The notes: generated by a model from the letters alone, not told the origin. Counted from the stretch's first letter, positions 12,351 through 27,385 are shown. The stretch: DNA of 64,000 nt from Macrostomum hystrix (GCA_950097015.1 CATNEN010000040.1:248001-312000), one strand, 5' to 3'. A program made the numbers and translations.

Positions 12351-13499
12351 TTACACCTGCGTCACCAGCTGCCTCAACGGCTTGGCCTCAGCCTCCCCGC
12401 CTTCATCCTCTTCTTCCTCCTCATCATCGTCTTCCTGAACATTGCAGCCTCTCTCTTTGTCTTTTGCTTTGCTCCCTGATTCTCCATTCATGGCAGCGGT
12501 CATCGGTGCGGGCTCTGTTTCCACCGCAGCAGCAGCAGCAGCAGCAGCAGCTCCGTCACTGCTACAGCCGATGAGCTGTCTCGTCTCGTCCTCCTCCTTC
12601 GCCTCCCGTCTGCCCGAAGCTGTCAGCCGCTCCAGACTCAGGTCGCCTGCTCCGCCTCCTCCGCAACCGCCGCCGCCACCGCCGCCATGTCGAATCCGTC
12701 GCAGCCGCCGCCCTCCAGACTCCTTGCCGTCGTCATCCTCCGAGGAGCTCGCCGCGCCAATCCCGCCCCCGCCAGTTGCGCCAACTTCGTCGTCGCTGTT
12801 CGCCGGCGAACCGATCCTGGCGAACCGATTGCCGAAAATGCCACCGCCGACTTCCAGACTGTCGTTGGCATCGTCGTCAGCTGCGTCGCGACCGGAAGTC
12901 CTGGAGCCCACGCGAACAAGCCGCCTACCGCTGCCAGTGTCTAGGCTGATGAGCAGTCTGGGCAGTGTGCTCAAAGCCAGCGGCGTGTAGCGGCCGCCAG
13001 CGTCTCCGGGGCACCTCCAGTCGGCCGATGAGTCGGCGTCGGTGAGTACATCATCCAGCTCCAGGTCCGAGTCGTCGGCCTCCTGGCCTTCTTCGCTTTT
13101 CTGCATCACAAACACAGTGTTCTTCTTCTTACAGAAGACAATGACCGCTGCCGTGAGGCTCATGCTGACAAACAGCAGAATGCCGCCGATCACCAGCACG
13201 CCAGCCAGCGGCCTGTCTACCTTGAAGCTGCCGACTGCGCCGCCGCTACCGTCGCCGCTGTCTCCGCCACCGCCGCCGCCGCCAAGACCGCCAAGCCGAT
13301 TTGAGGAGAAAGTCGGATGCCTCGGGTACTGAGCCGATCTCGGCGGCTGCGGCGGCAGCGGCGGTCCCGGCGGAGGTAGCGACGGCGGTGGAGGTGAAGA
13401 GGGTGAAATACTACTGGTTGGCGATTGAGTCGCTAGTTGAGTCCACATCGTTGTTGAAACTCTTGACTGTCCCGTTGCAATTGAATTGGTGGAAGAAGC
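12351..13499 (-). CDS. Main exon of an orphan single-pass (type I) membrane protein with Ser/Thr/Pro-rich ectodomain and acidic tail
   Basis: Open frame from the acceptor cag| at 13499 to TAA at 12351. Hydrophobic segment LAGVLVIGGILLFVSMSLTAAVIVF followed by CKKK; ends in TQV. Upstream exons uncertain (candidates ~16232-16277 encoding ATTL11R, and ~19901-19951). Confidence 0.72.
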   Translation of the reverse strand, partial: ASSTNSIATGQSRVSTTMWTQLATQSPTSSISPSSPPPPSLPPPGPPLPPQPPRSAQYPRHPTFSSNRLGGLGGGGGGGDSGDGSGGAVGSFKVDRPLAGVLVIGGILLFVSMSLTAAVIVFCKKKNTVFVMQKSEEGQEADDSDLELDDVLTDADSSADWRCPGDAGGRYTPLALSTLPRLLISLDTGSGRRLVRVGSRTSGRDAADDDANDSLEVGGGIFGNRFARIGSPANSDDEVGATGGGGIGAASSSEDDDGKESGGRRLRRIRHGGGGGGGCGGGGAGDLSLERLTASGRREAKEEDETRQLIGCSSDGAAAAAAAAAVETEPAPMTAAMNGESGSKAKDKERGCNVQEDDDEEEEEDEGGEAEAKPLRQLVTQV

Positions 13500-13569
13500 C
13501 TGTGTTTAAAGCAAGAAAATTCAGTAAGGTATGCTGAAGAACACAATCGAGACAATCTCTGCCAACCCC

Positions 13570-14433
<864 letters not shown>

Positions 14434-15219
14434 TGAAAAGGAAAGTTCAAAAAGTTGAAATAAGTTTCGCATTCTGCAAATGCTAGAAACCTCCTGAACA
14501 GAAAGATGTGCCAACCTCCAGCATGGACCAGCTGCCACAAAATCTTTCAGTCGGGAAAAAAGTGCGCTGCTCGATGCAAAGTCAACCGACTGCCGCCGCC
14601 AATTACACAATGGACCATAAAAATGCAGGAGAAAAAAAACTAGTCGAAAGGGAGAAAGCCGAATTGCCTCCCACAAGGAGAAAGATTTTTTTAAAGGTAC
14701 GAATGCTTTCGAAACTAAACTACAGAAATGCCAAGCTGAAGCAGATGGAGGCCGGCTTCTGCTGATCCCTACTTCACCATGGAACTAAAGAGGCCACGGG
14801 GAAGTGATGGAGGACCCTGTCAACACCCCGGTCCCCACCAATCCCTATCTACCTGTCCTGTATCTAAGAGGGAGCCTCCATTAGCGCTGGACCAACCGAA
14901 CCCTGCGCCCATCTCGGCATGATGGGATCCGATAAAACAAAACATTTTCCTGTCTATCTCACCCACTTTGTAGATATGCATGCGGATATGAATGTGTCGC
15001 TTAACTTCGCTTGATTTCCTTATCGCTACCCTCAAAAATAAACAGTGCTCTCTCGCTTAGACCGGGAACCATTGACAATAATTGGGGCGGCTTGGAAGTG
15101 CATGCTTTTGTGATGCAATGCACCCTAATGGTCATTCAACTGGTGTCCTGGACAACCTGCTGAAGCTGGTACACTTCATGACGAATTATATCCCCTTTCT
15201 CCTATGATTTTCTACCAAC

Positions 15220-15660
15220 AAAATCTTCCCCTTTCTCTTACAATCTTCCCCTATCTCCCATTGTCTTCTACTTTCTCCCGGATTCTTCCCCGTTCTCCCC
15301 AAATCTTCCCCTTTCTCCCATAGTCTTCTTCTTTCTCCCAAATTATTCCCCTTTCTCCCCCCAAAGCTTCCCCTTTCTCCGATTGTCGTCTACTTTCTCC
15401 AAAATTCTTCCCCTTTCTCTCACAATCTTCCCCTTTCTCCTATAGTCTTCTTCTTTCTCCCAAATTCTTCCCCTTCCTCTGATTGTCTTCTACTTTCTGC
15501 CAAAATCTTCCCCGTTCTCCCCAAATCTTCCCCTTTCTCCCATTGTCTTCTACATTCTCGGAAGATGTTTCCTGTTCTTCCTCAATCTTCCCCATTCTCT
15601 CAGAATCTTATCCATTCTCCTATGATCTTCTACTTTCTCTCAAAATCTCCCCCTTTTCTC
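15220..15660. repeat. Degenerate CT-rich tandem repeat (~20-bp aatcttcccctttctcc motif)
   Basis: Recurrent cttcccctttctcc and tcttctactttct motifs with many substitutions. Confidence 0.7.
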
Positions 15661-16234
15661 AGTAATTGTCCTCAGTCCGACTGTCAGTTTTCTGTCGCTG
15701 AGGACTCCCGGACATGAGGCAGGGCTTCTCCTGAAGTAGCCAAAGCCGAGTCCCTCAAGTGGGGCAGCAAATCTGAAGGCAGCATTCCTGCTTGCACGGC
15801 CCGACCAGTTTTCTAGCTAAATTCAATTTATCCCAGGCACTGGGAGACAGAGAGGGGAAATCGAAGCCGAGCCTCATTCATCCTTGTCTTGAGGAAAAGA
15901 TTCTTGAGAATGGTCTCAGAGCTGGTCTCTCTGATCAAATAAATAGCTGCAGAATTTCAATGGAGCCAGTCCCTGTGCTTGTGTGCGCAAATGTTTGAAA
16001 TATAACAGAGAGAAGGCAGTGAGCAGTCTCTAGCACACCCGGCGGAGTCGGTGGCTGTACTCAAGAGAAAGCAGCAGCTGCATGGCACCCGCTGGACCAG
16101 AAGAACTCAAAGCGTCGGAGCCCACTCAGGGAAGAGAGAAAAATCGAGACAGCGGGGTAAAAAAAGTTCTGCTCAGCTGGCCCTCAGGCTGCCGTTTTTG
16201 CTTCCCAATCAGGCATCGATTTGCTGGCCCACCC

Positions 16235-16269
<35 letters not shown>

Positions 16270-16739
16270 GTGGTGGCCTCTACAATTTTATCAATTAGCA
16301 ACTACAGCATGGCTTTTCTGGGAGTCATCTTCCGTTTTAAGCAAAAGCTGGACACATTCGTATTAAAATTGGTGGCAAAATAACTGGCCTCGAGAAATGG
16401 GAGGATTGGCGATCGAATAGATTTTCTTTTAGAAGCAAAAAACGGGTCCATGGCTGGGCTCTGTTCATTAGCATATTGAGATGGACTGAGATGAATGCCG
16501 CACTGCACAGGGGGACTCTAGCCTCATCAAATTCGATCCAGATGCCGGCAGGCTAAAAAAGATATAGTCACTCTATTCGATGGCCAGACCTGCCCCCCGG
16601 ATTCTAATCATCGCAGGCAGCTGCTCAACCATTGAGCACTTTTCTGACTGCTTGGAATGACTTACTTTAATTTTATACTATTATAGACGAAAAAAACTAA
16701 AACTAGCCCGGCTGGGACTGATGTACAGTCAGTGGCAGA

Positions 16740-17815
16740 GACAGAGTAGACAGGGTAGACAGGGTAGACAGGGTAGACAGAGTAGACAGGGTAGATAGGG
16801 TAGACAGGGTAGATAGGGTAGACAGAGTAGACAGAGTAGACAGGGTAGACAGAGTAGACAGGGTAGATAGGGTAGACAGGGTAGATAGGGTAGATAGAGT
16901 AGACAGAGTAGACAGGGTAGACAGAGTAGACAGGGTAGATAGGGTAGACAGAGTAGACAGAGTAGACAGGGTAGACAGAGTAGACAGGGTAGATAGGGTA
17001 GACAGAGTAGACAGAGTAGATAGGGTAGACAGAGTAGACAGGGCAGACAGAGTAGACAGGGTAGATAGGGTAGACAGAGTAGACAGAGTAGACAGGGTAG
17101 ACAGAGTAGACAGGGTAGATAGGGTAGACAGAGTAGACAGAGTAGATAGGGTAGACAGAGTAGACAGGGTAGATAGGGTAGATAGAGTAGACAGAGTAGA
17201 CAGGGTAGACAGAGTAGACAGGGTAGATAGGGTAGACAGAGTAGACAGGGTAGACAGGGTAGACAGAGTAGACAGGGTAGATAGGGTAGACAGAGTAGAC
17301 AGGGCAGACAGAGTAGACAGGGCAGACAGAGTAGACAGGGTAGACAGAGTAGACAGGGTAGATAGGGTAGACAGAGTAGACAGAGTAGACAGAGTAGACA
17401 GAGTAGACAGAGTAGACAGAGTAGACAGAGTAGACAGGGCAGACAGAGTAGATAGGGTAGACAGAGTAGACAGGGTAGACAGAGTAGACATGGTAGCCAG
17501 AGTAGACAGGGTAGACAGGGTAGACAGGGCAGACAGAGTAGACAGAGTAGATAGGGTAGAAAGGGCAGAAAGAGTAGACAGGGTAGACAGGGCAGACAGA
17601 GTAGACAGGGTAGACAGGGTAGACAGGGCAGAAAGAGTAGATAGGGTAGACAGAGTAGACAGGGTAGATAGGGTAGACAGGGCAGACAGAGTAGATAGGG
17701 TAGACAGGGTAGACAGAGTAGATAGGGTAGACAGGGCAGACATAGTAGATAGGGTAGACAGGGCAGACAGAGTAGATAGGGTAGACAGGGTAGACAGGGT
17801 ATTCAGAGTAGACAG
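16740..17815. repeat. 9-bp minisatellite (gtagacagr)n
   Basis: Unit read directly; gives the spurious (LST)n and (VDR)n ORFs. Confidence 0.97.
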
Positions 17816-18519
17816 GTTAGCTAATAGTAGATAAAGTGACAAGCCAGTGGCGAGTGCCAAGTCAGCTGAAGGCCAGCTCTCAACTCCAATGCTTAGGCTT
17901 GCAAAGTAGCTGAAGTGGGACATTGTTTGGGGAGGTGTGTGGCGTGCGAGAAGCTCGCAGTCCCCAATGCATCCATCCTCCCAATTTCTGCAACTATCGA
18001 CCCGTGAACTGTTTGATTCAGCAGCAGCAGCAGCAGGGAGGGAGAGAGAGCAGTGATCGATTAATGCGCTGACACCTCACCGACTCCCTCACTCACTGGC
18101 TGTTCGCAGCTTTATCAGCAGCACCTTCCGTCAGCGCAGTTGTTGATGAATAAGAAAGTGCACGCACGGTCAGCTGCAGCCTCAGTGCAACAAAAAATGT
18201 AACAGCCTTTTTGTACAACACAGTTGAAGCTTAAAGTGCAGTTGAAACCTTTGTAAATCCAACTATTGTCTGTAGCAATACTATGGATAGAAAAAAATTT
18301 CTTGTTTCAATTTTGCTCCCGGAAAGACTTGTTGAGTTTTAGAAAACAGCTGCGAATTTAAATGAGAAACAAGCAGCAAAAATGAATACAACTGCATACT
18401 TAGCATTCTTACAGCAGTCTATTCGCATCTTCGTCGTTTGCTAGATTAATGTCTTTGTCCAAATTCTGTATTTTTCCTTGATCTGTGACAAATATTAGCA
18501 ATTCATTCTATTCCTTCAT

Positions 18520-19860
18520 CTGACCTTAGGGACAGATTAGCGATCCATTCTATTCCTCCGCCCATCGTATAGATTAGCAATCCATTCTATTCCCTCACCC
18601 ATGGGATAGATTAGCAATCCATTCTATTCCTTCACCCATGGGATAGATTAGCAATCCATTCTATTCCTTCACCCATGGGATAGATTAGCAATCCATTCTA
18701 TTCCCTCACCCATGGGATAGATTAGCAATCCATTCTATTCCTTCACCCATCGTATAGATTAGCAATCCATTCTATTCCTTCACCCATGGGATAGATTAGC
18801 AATCCATTCTATTCCCTCACCCATGGGATAGATTAGCAATCCATTCTATTCCCTCACCCATGGGATAGATTAGCAATCCATTCTATTCCTTCACCCATGG
18901 GATAGATTAGCAATCCATTCTATTCCTTCACCCATGGGATAGATTAGCAATCCATTATATTCCTCCACCCATGGGATAGATTAGCAATCCATTCTATTCC
19001 CTCACCCATGGGATAGATTAGCAATCCATTCTATTCCTTCTCCCATGGGATAGATTAGCAATCCATTCTATTCCTTCACCCATGGGATAGATTAGCAATC
19101 TATTCTATTCCTTCACCCATGGGATAGATTAGCAATCCATTCTATTCCCTTCACCCATGGGATAGATTAGCAATCCATTCTATTCCTTCACCCATGGGAT
19201 AGATTAGCAATCCATTCTATTCCTTCACCCATGGGATAGATTAGCAATCCATTCTATTCCTTCACCCATCGTATAGATTAGCAATCCATTCTATTCCTTC
19301 ACCCATGGGATAGATTAGCAATCCATTCTATTCCCTCACCCATGGGATAGATTAGCAATCCATTCTATTCCCTCACCCATGGGATAGATTAGCAATCCAT
19401 TCTATTCCTTCACCCATGGGATAGATTAGCAATCCATTCTATTCCTTCACCCATGGGATAGATTAGCAATCCCTTCCATTTCTTCACCCATGGGATAGAT
19501 TAGCAATCCATTCTATTCCTTCACCCATGGGATAGATTAGCAATCCATTATATTCCCTCACCCATGGGATAGATTAGCAATCCATTCTATTCCCTCACCC
19601 ATGGGATAGATTAGCAATCCATTCTATTCCTTCTCCCATGGGATAGATTAGCAATCCATTCTATTCCTTCACCCATGGGATAGATTAGCAATCTATTCTA
19701 TTCCTTCACCCATGGGATAGATTAGCAATCCATTCTATTCCCTCACCCATGGGATAGATTAGCAATCCATTCTATTCCTTCACCCATCGTATAGATTAGC
19801 AATCCATTCTATTCCTCCACCCATTGGATAGATAAGCAATCCATTCTATTCCTTCCCCCC
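18520..19860 (+). repeat. 37-bp minisatellite family X, array 1 (gatagattagcaatccattctattccttcacccatgg)n
   Basis: Unit read directly; contains the palindrome cccatggg. Same family at 45350 and, inverted, at 47190. Confidence 0.97.
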
Positions 19861-20469
19861 ATGCTCTAGACTGATCATTCAGTTTTCATTCCTGAACTCA
19901 CCTGGTTTGAGTTTCCGTGAGCCGTGGACTCGGCATCGGCCAGGCGGGCCATCAGCAGGGTGTGCGCCTGGTTGCCGGGGAGCGGTTAGACTTCAGCAGA
20001 CAGTTGCTAACAGCAATGCTTTTAGGCCACTATTGTAGAAGTGTAAACACTCATATGAGACAGGTGCAGAGCTGGGCAAATCAGAAGCCAATGGGAAGGT
20101 CCACTGTCGATTTCCGCATATTTTTTATCCTCACGCAAGCCCCACTGGGATCTGAGGAGTAAAGTCGCAATCTGCATTCCCAGCCAATCAGAAGCGAGCT
20201 AGCTGCCGCCCACCATTCAGCTGCTTGCCTTCCATCATCAGCCTGCAGTTCCACAACTTCTTGCCGTGGAGTGTGACGATGGAGTTGTTTTTACTGTTTT
20301 CACTAAAAAAGCTATTATTAATTATTCTGCTTCTGCCTGGGCTGCATGCCGCTCACAGGTGCAAACAGGATTTTCTGTTTACCTGCTGATGTGAAGCTGG
20401 GCCACAACTGCCCACTTCTGATAGAGGAAAATTAAAGTGAGTCAGAAACTTATAAGAATCTCACTCTGG

Positions 20470-21010
20470 GAAGAGAGTGGGAAGAGAGTGGGGAGATAAT
20501 GGGAAGAATGGGAAAAGAATGGGAAGAGAGTGAGAAGAGAGGGTTAAGAGAATGGGAAGAATGGGAAGAAAATGGGAAGAGTGGGAAAAGAATGGGAAGA
20601 GAGTGGGAAGAGAATGGGAAGAAAATGGGAAGAGATTGGGAAAAGAATGGGAAGAGAGTGGGAAGAGAATGGGAAGAAAATGGGAAGAGAGTGGGAAGAG
20701 AATGGTAAGAGAGTGGGAAGAGAATGGGAAGAGAGTGGGAAGAAAATGGGAAGACAGTTGGAAGAGAGTGGGAAGATAATGGGAAGAATGGGAAAAGAAT
20801 GGGAAGAGAGTGGGAAGAGAATGGGAAGAATGGGAAAAGAATGGGAAGAGAGTGGGAAGAAAATGGGAAGAATGGGAAAAGAATGGGAAGAGAGTGGGAA
20901 GAGAATGGGAAGAATGGGAAAAGAATGGGAAGAGAGTGGGAAGAAAATGGGAAGACGGTGGGAAGGGAATAGGAAAAGAGTGGCACGAGAGTGGCCCGAG
21001 AGTGGGAAGA
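20470..21010. repeat. GA-rich ~11-bp repeat (gggaagagart)n
   Basis: Read directly. Confidence 0.9.
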
Positions 21011-22059
21011 GAAATGGATGTGAATAGGAGGAGAATGGGAGTAACGTTGCAGAAGCGAACGATGAGAAGATTCGAGCCCATGAGATAGGGCAACAAATTA
21101 AATAGTGTCATGAAAGATAACTGGAAGAAATCTTCTACGAGCAGATAGGCTCAGAGAAAGCATGCATTCAGTTGATTGAATGCGGACAGATGACACACAC
21201 ACACACACACGCAGATGATGAATGCAATTTAGAAAATTGATTCCCTCATAGCTATAGCTTGCGCGGTCAAAGACAATTTGAGGCAGACTGAAGCGGATGC
21301 TAGCTCGGTAGTTCATTGATCCCTGTATTTCAGGGATACTTGAAAGGAAGAACCAGATAGGAGTATGGCGTAGAGACCAGCATAGGGCAGTCAGCTTTCC
21401 GCTTGAAGGAATTCGGCAACTCGGAGCGGCCGCCTGGCCCGCCAGAGATAAGGTGGATTCGATGGCGAAGGAAGACTTCGACCCGGCGGCTTGACCGCGG
21501 GGCACAGGCTAGGCTAGGCATTGCAGCTCGATCCTCAAATTGTGAGTCGGCCCGGGCCTTGGGTTGGGGTGGGTGATGGCTGAGTCCGCGGTTGAGCAGA
21601 CTGAGGCTGGCGTGGCAGCCAATTTTTTTCGGGTTGTTGGGGGGTATAATTTCTAGGATGTGTGGCGAATGCACGCGCGGTGAGGCGACCTGAGGGAGAG
21701 CTGGATGGGCGAGATGTTTTAGACGAGTCGCTACCGAAATTAAGAAATGCGAGATCTGTAAGCACTAGTTGGGAGTTAGCTAGTTGGGAAATTTGAGGAT
21801 GACACAGTTTCCAGATGATGAGAGACGGGTGCCTCGTACAGAGATATTATTTCTTGTGGGTCTGTTTACTTAACTAGTGTTTTGTTACTGAAAATCATAT
21901 TTTTACATTTCAATTCTGCGAGTGAGTTGCCTTGGACAGAAGCGATTGTCAGATTTTTCGCTTTGTACATTGCGCGAGAAATTAAGCAAAGTAAAGAGAA
22001 AAGCTCAAGAAAACACTTTAAAGAAAAAATAAATAAAATACTAAAAATACTCGGGGCAG

Positions 22060-23290
22060 AAGATACGGGAGAAGATGGTAGAGAAGACGTTGGAGATGTT
22101 GGAGAAGATGGGGGAGACGATGGTGGAGAAGATGGGGGAGAAGATGGTGGAGAAGATGGGGGAGAAGATGGTGGAGAAGATGGGGGAGAAGATGGTGGAG
22201 AAGATGGGAGGAGAAGATGGGGCAGAAGATGGGGAAGAAGATGGTAGAGAAGATGTTGGAGATGTTGGGGAAGATGGGGGAGAAGATGTTGGAGAAGATG
22301 TTCGAGAAAATGTTGGAGAAGATGTTAGAGAAGATGGTGGAGAAGATGGGCAGAAAATGGGGGAGAAGATGGTAAGAGGATTGGTGGAGAAGATGGGGAG
22401 AAGATGGGGCAAAAGATGGGGAAGAAGATGGTGGAGAAGATGTTGGAGAAAATGTTGGAGAATATGGGGGAGAAAATGGGGAGAAGATGGGGAGAAAATG
22501 GTGGAGAAGATGTTGGAGAAGATGGGGAGAAGATGGGGGAGAAGACGTTGGAGATGTTGGAGAAGATAGGGAGAAGATGGGGGAGAAGACGTTGGAGATG
22601 TTGGAGAAGATGGGGGAGACGATGGTGGAGAAGATGGGGGAGAAGATGGTGGAGAAGATGGGGGAGAAGATGGTGGAGAAGATGGGGGAGAAGCTGGTGG
22701 AGAAGATGGGAGGAGAAGATGGGGCAGAAGATGGGGAAGAAGATGGTAGAGAAGATGTTGGAGATGTTGGGGAAGATGGGGGAGATGTTGGGGAAGATGG
22801 GGGAGACGATGGTGGAGAAGATGGGGGAGAAGATGGTGGAGAAGATGGGGGAGAAGATGGTGGAGAAGATGGGGGAGAAGCTGGTGGAGAAGATGGGAGG
22901 AGAAGATGGGGCAGAAGATGGGGAAGAAGATGGTAGAGAAGATGTTGGAGATGTTGGGGAAGATGGGGGAGAAGATGTTGGAGAAAATGTTGGAGATGTT
23001 GGGGAAGATGGGGGAGAAGATGTTGGAGATGTTGGGGAAGATGGGGGAGAAGATGTTGGAGAAGATGTTAGAGAAGATGGTGGAGAAGATGGGCAGAAAA
23101 TGGGGGAGAAGATGGTAAGAGGATTGGTGGAGAAGATGGGGAGAAGATGGGGCAAAAGATGGGGAAGAAGATGGTGGAGAAGATGTTGGAGAAAATGTTG
23201 GAGAATATGGGGGAGAAAATGGGGAGAAGATGGGGAGAAAATGGTGGAGAAGATGTTGGAGAAGATGGGGAGAAGATGGGGGAGAAGAAA
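22060..23290. repeat. GA-rich 12-13-bp repeat (ggagaagatggg)n with internal higher-order duplication
   Basis: Read directly; variant blocks recur at a spacing of several hundred bp. Confidence 0.92.
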
Positions 23291-23799
23291 AAGACACAGA
23301 GGAGAAACAGGGAAGCAATGAAGTCAGCAGACTACGAAGCCAAATCAATTTAACCATGCAGGAGCAGAAAAAAGATCAGGCAGGAAAGCCGGGTTCTCCC
23401 CCGCCAAGGGACGGACCAAAACAAGATGGATAAGGTGGCACAGAACACAAACACGGAAACCAACTGGCTTGACAGGGGCATCGGTTAAAATTGGTCAACT
23501 GTCTGCACCAGAGCCACACCTGCCAGGTCTGTGACCGAATATTAGCGAACCACCTCGGGGTCGATGCGCATTTTGGTCAGCGGGGGTGCATTTTTAGTCC
23601 ACAAATTCTTCGGGGTGACAGAAACGGCTCATAGAAATGCTGTTTTGTGCGCCAGGGCCACGCGCGATTGCTGACAGTTAGGATTTTTTAGCAAAGAAAT
23701 TCTGAATGCCAACATCAGCTTGTAGCTTTGAAGCCTTTTTGTTAAAGAAAGAAGATAGAATTTCTGATCTAGACAAGGTCAAGACTGAACAATGATACT

Positions 23800-25075
23800 G
23801 TCACTCTGCTCTGTCACTCTCCCACTCTTATTAATCACCCAGCTCTGTCACTCTCCCACTCTTATTAATCACCCAGCTCTGTCACTCTCCCACGCTTATT
23901 AACCACCCAGCTCTATCACTCTCCCACTCTTATTAATCACCCAGCTCTGTCACTCTCCCACTCTTATTAATCACCCAGCTCTGTGACTCTCCCACTCTTA
24001 TTAACCACCCAGCTCTATCACTCTCCCACTCTTATTAATCACCCAGCTCTGTCACTCTCCCACTCTTATTAATCACCCAGCTCTGTCACTCTCCCACTCT
24101 TATTAACCACCCAGCTCTGTCACTCTCCCACTCTTATTAATCACCCAGCTCTGTCACTCTCCAACTCTTATTTATCACCCAGCTCTGTCACTCTCCCACT
24201 CTTATTAATCACCCAGCTCTGTCACTCTCCAACTCTTATTAATCACCCAGCTCTGTCACTCTCCAACTCTTATTAATCACCCAGCTCTGTCACTCTCCCA
24301 CTCTTATTAATCACCCAGCTCTGTCACTCTCCCACTCTTATTAATCACCCAGCTCTGTCACTCTCCAACTCTTATTAATCACCCAGCTCTGTCACTCTCC
24401 CACTCTTATTAATCACCCAGCTCTGTCACTCTCCCACTCTTATTAATCACCCAGCTCTGTCACTCTCCCACTCTTATTAATCACCCAGCTCTGTCACTCT
24501 CCAACTCTTATTAATCACCCAGCTCTGTCACTCTCCCACTCTTATTAATCACCCAGCTCTGTCACTCTCCAACTCTTATTAATCACCCAGCTCTGTCACT
24601 CTCCCACTCTTATTAATCACCCAGCTCTGTCACTCTCCCACTCTTATTAATCACCCAGCTCTGTCACTCTCCCACTCTTATTAATCACCCAGCTCTGTCA
24701 CTCTCCAACTCTTATTAATCACCCAGCTCTGTCACTCTCCCACTCTTATTAATCACCCAGCTCTGTCACTCTCCAACTCTTATTAATCACCCAGCTCTGT
24801 CACTCTCCCACTCTTATTAATCACCCAGCTCTGTCACTCTCCCACTCTTATTAATCACCCAGCTCTGTCACTCTCCAACTCTTATTAATCACCCAGCTCT
24901 GTCACTCTCCCACTCTTATTGATCACCCAGCTCTGTCACTCTCCCACTCTTATTAATCACCCAGCTCTGTCACTCTCCAACTCTTATTAATCACCAAGCT
25001 CTGTCACTCTCCCACTCTTATTAATCACCCAGCTCTGTCACTCTCCCACTCTTATTGATCACTCTGCTCTGTCAC
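23800..25075. repeat. 34-bp minisatellite (agctctgtcactctcccactcttattaatcaccc)n
   Basis: Unit read directly; highly homogeneous. Confidence 0.97.
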
Positions 25076-25989
25076 TCATTTTTCTAATTCCAATGCCAGA
25101 AGGCACCTGCTGTGGCAGGCATTCAATAGTAAAAGTGTTTAATCCAATGGTGGAAGAAAATAAACACAGAAATCGCATTCCTATCGATGAATCACTCTAC
25201 CAAAGTGCTCAAAATCCCGAGTGAGTCCGGCTCCCATTTGCTGGGGAAGCAGCTGCTGCAGATGGCAGATTAGGATATCCCTAAAAAGTCTGGGAGGACA
25301 CACCCAACAGTGGGGGTGGGCCGCCTAAGATGAGGGCAGTTCCCTGGAGATGGGATAAAAAAGCAGCACGAGAACGGGATCAGAAATCTTGGCCAGAAAC
25401 TCCTCCCCAAACTCTCCCACACTCTTGGCGATTCCCGTGCTGAACCTCCTCTCAAACTGGGGGAGGGGGAGATGAGGCGGCCGCTGGGGAGTCTCCAGGG
25501 CCATCCGAGCATGCCAGTTCATTCCGTGCTCAAATATCCCACAGATAATAATAATACAAAGCCCTGCTTACGGAGCCGGCTGCGCGTCCCAGTGGGGCAA
25601 GCGCGGGTGGATGGCCGAGCAGCATCTGACTGGCTTGATAGTCACTGGGTATTTATCCCAAAACCCATCTTCTCCTAGCGGTAATTCCCCCTTTGGGGAG
25701 AATGTAAAACAAGCCAGATCGGAGGGGAGCTATCGGGATTTTAATCCTAATTTTCAGATAATGATGTCGATCCGAATTCTTAACTATGAAATTGACTGCG
25801 AATACGACAACGTCAACTTTGAGATCCAATGTTCCTAAATCTAATCCTTTGGGGATCCTGATTTCACATCCCAAAGATCGATACCAATTTAGGATTATCG
25901 ATCGATCAGGATCATTTTACGAGTATTATTCCAATATTCTAATCCTTGATATATCAGGATCCTAAATCCCTGTATTGATCAGGGCGATT

Positions 25990-27385
25990 AGATCCCAATC
26001 CTTGATCAAAATCCTAGATCCCAATCCTTGATCAAAATCCTAGATCCCAATCCTTGATCAAAATCCTAGATCCCAATCCTTGATCAAAATCCTAAATCCC
26101 AATCCTTGATCAAAATCCTAAATCCCAATCCTTGATCAAAATCCTAAATCCCAATCCTTGATCAAAATCCTAGATCCCAATCCTTGATCAAAATCCTAGA
26201 TCCCAATCCTTGATCAAAATCCTAGATCCCAATCCTTGATCAAAATCCTAGATCCCAATCCTTGATCAAAATCCTAAATCCCAATCCTTGATCAAAATCC
26301 TAAACCCCAATCCTTGATCAAAATCCTAGATTCCAATCCTTGATCAAAATCCTAGATCCCAATCCTTGATCAAAATGCTAAATCCCAATCCTTGAACAAA
26401 ATCCTAGATCCCAATCCTTAAACAAAATCCTAGATCCCAATCCTTAAAAAAAATCGTAGATCCTAATCCTTAATCAAAATCGTAGATCCCAATCCTTAAA
26501 CAAAATCTCAGATCCCAATCCTTAAACAAAATCCTAGATCCCAATCCTTAAACAAAATCGTAGATCCTAATCCTTAATCAAAATCGTAGATCCCAATCCT
26601 TAATCAAAATACTAGATCCCAATCCTTGATCAAAATCCTAAATCCCAATCCTTGATCAAAATCCTAAATCCCAATCCTTGATCAAAATCCTAAATCCCAA
26701 TCCTTGATCAAAATCCTAAATCCCAATCCTTGATCAAAATACTAGATCCCAATCCTTGATCAAAATCCTAAATCCCAATCCTTGATCAAAATCCTAAATC
26801 CCAATCCTTGATCAAAATCCTAAATCCCAATCCTTGATCAAAATCCTAAATCCCAATCCTTGATCAAAATCCTAAATCCCAATCCTTGATCAAAATCCTA
26901 AATCCCAATCCTTGATCAAAATCCTAAATCCCAATCCTTGAACAAAATACTAGATCCCAATCCTTGATCAAAATCCTAAATCCCAATCCTTGATCAAAAT
27001 CCTAAATCCCAATCCTTGAACAAAATACTAGATTCCAATCCTTGATCAAAATCCTAAATCCCAATCCTTGATCAAAATACTAGATCCCAATCCTTGATCA
27101 AAATCCTAAATCCCAATCCTTGAACAAAATACTAGATCCCAATCCTTGATCAAAATCCTAAATCCCAATCCTTGATCAAAATACTAGATCCCAATCCTTG
27201 ATCAAAATCCTAAATCCCAATCCTTGATCAAAATCCTAAATCCCAATCCTTGAACAAAATCCTAGATCCCAATCCTTAAACAAAATCCTAGATCCTAATC
27301 CTTGAACAAAATCCTAGATCCTAATCCTTAATCAAAATCCTAGATCCCAATCCTTAATCAAAATCGTAGATCCCAATCCTTGATT
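25990..27385. repeat. 26-bp minisatellite (ctagatcccaatccttgatcaaaatc)n
   Basis: Unit read directly. Confidence 0.97.

Noticed and set aside
16703-17923. 406-aa (LST)n ORF with a hydrophobic N-terminus
   Set aside because: A 9-bp satellite. The unique leader may be UTR or island sequence, and coding status cannot be supported.
18520-19860. CRISPR-like appearance of 32-37-bp repeats with palindromes (also 23800, 34085, 35275, 47190)
   Set aside because: The units are head-to-tail with no unique spacers, the context is eukaryotic, and there are no cas genes.
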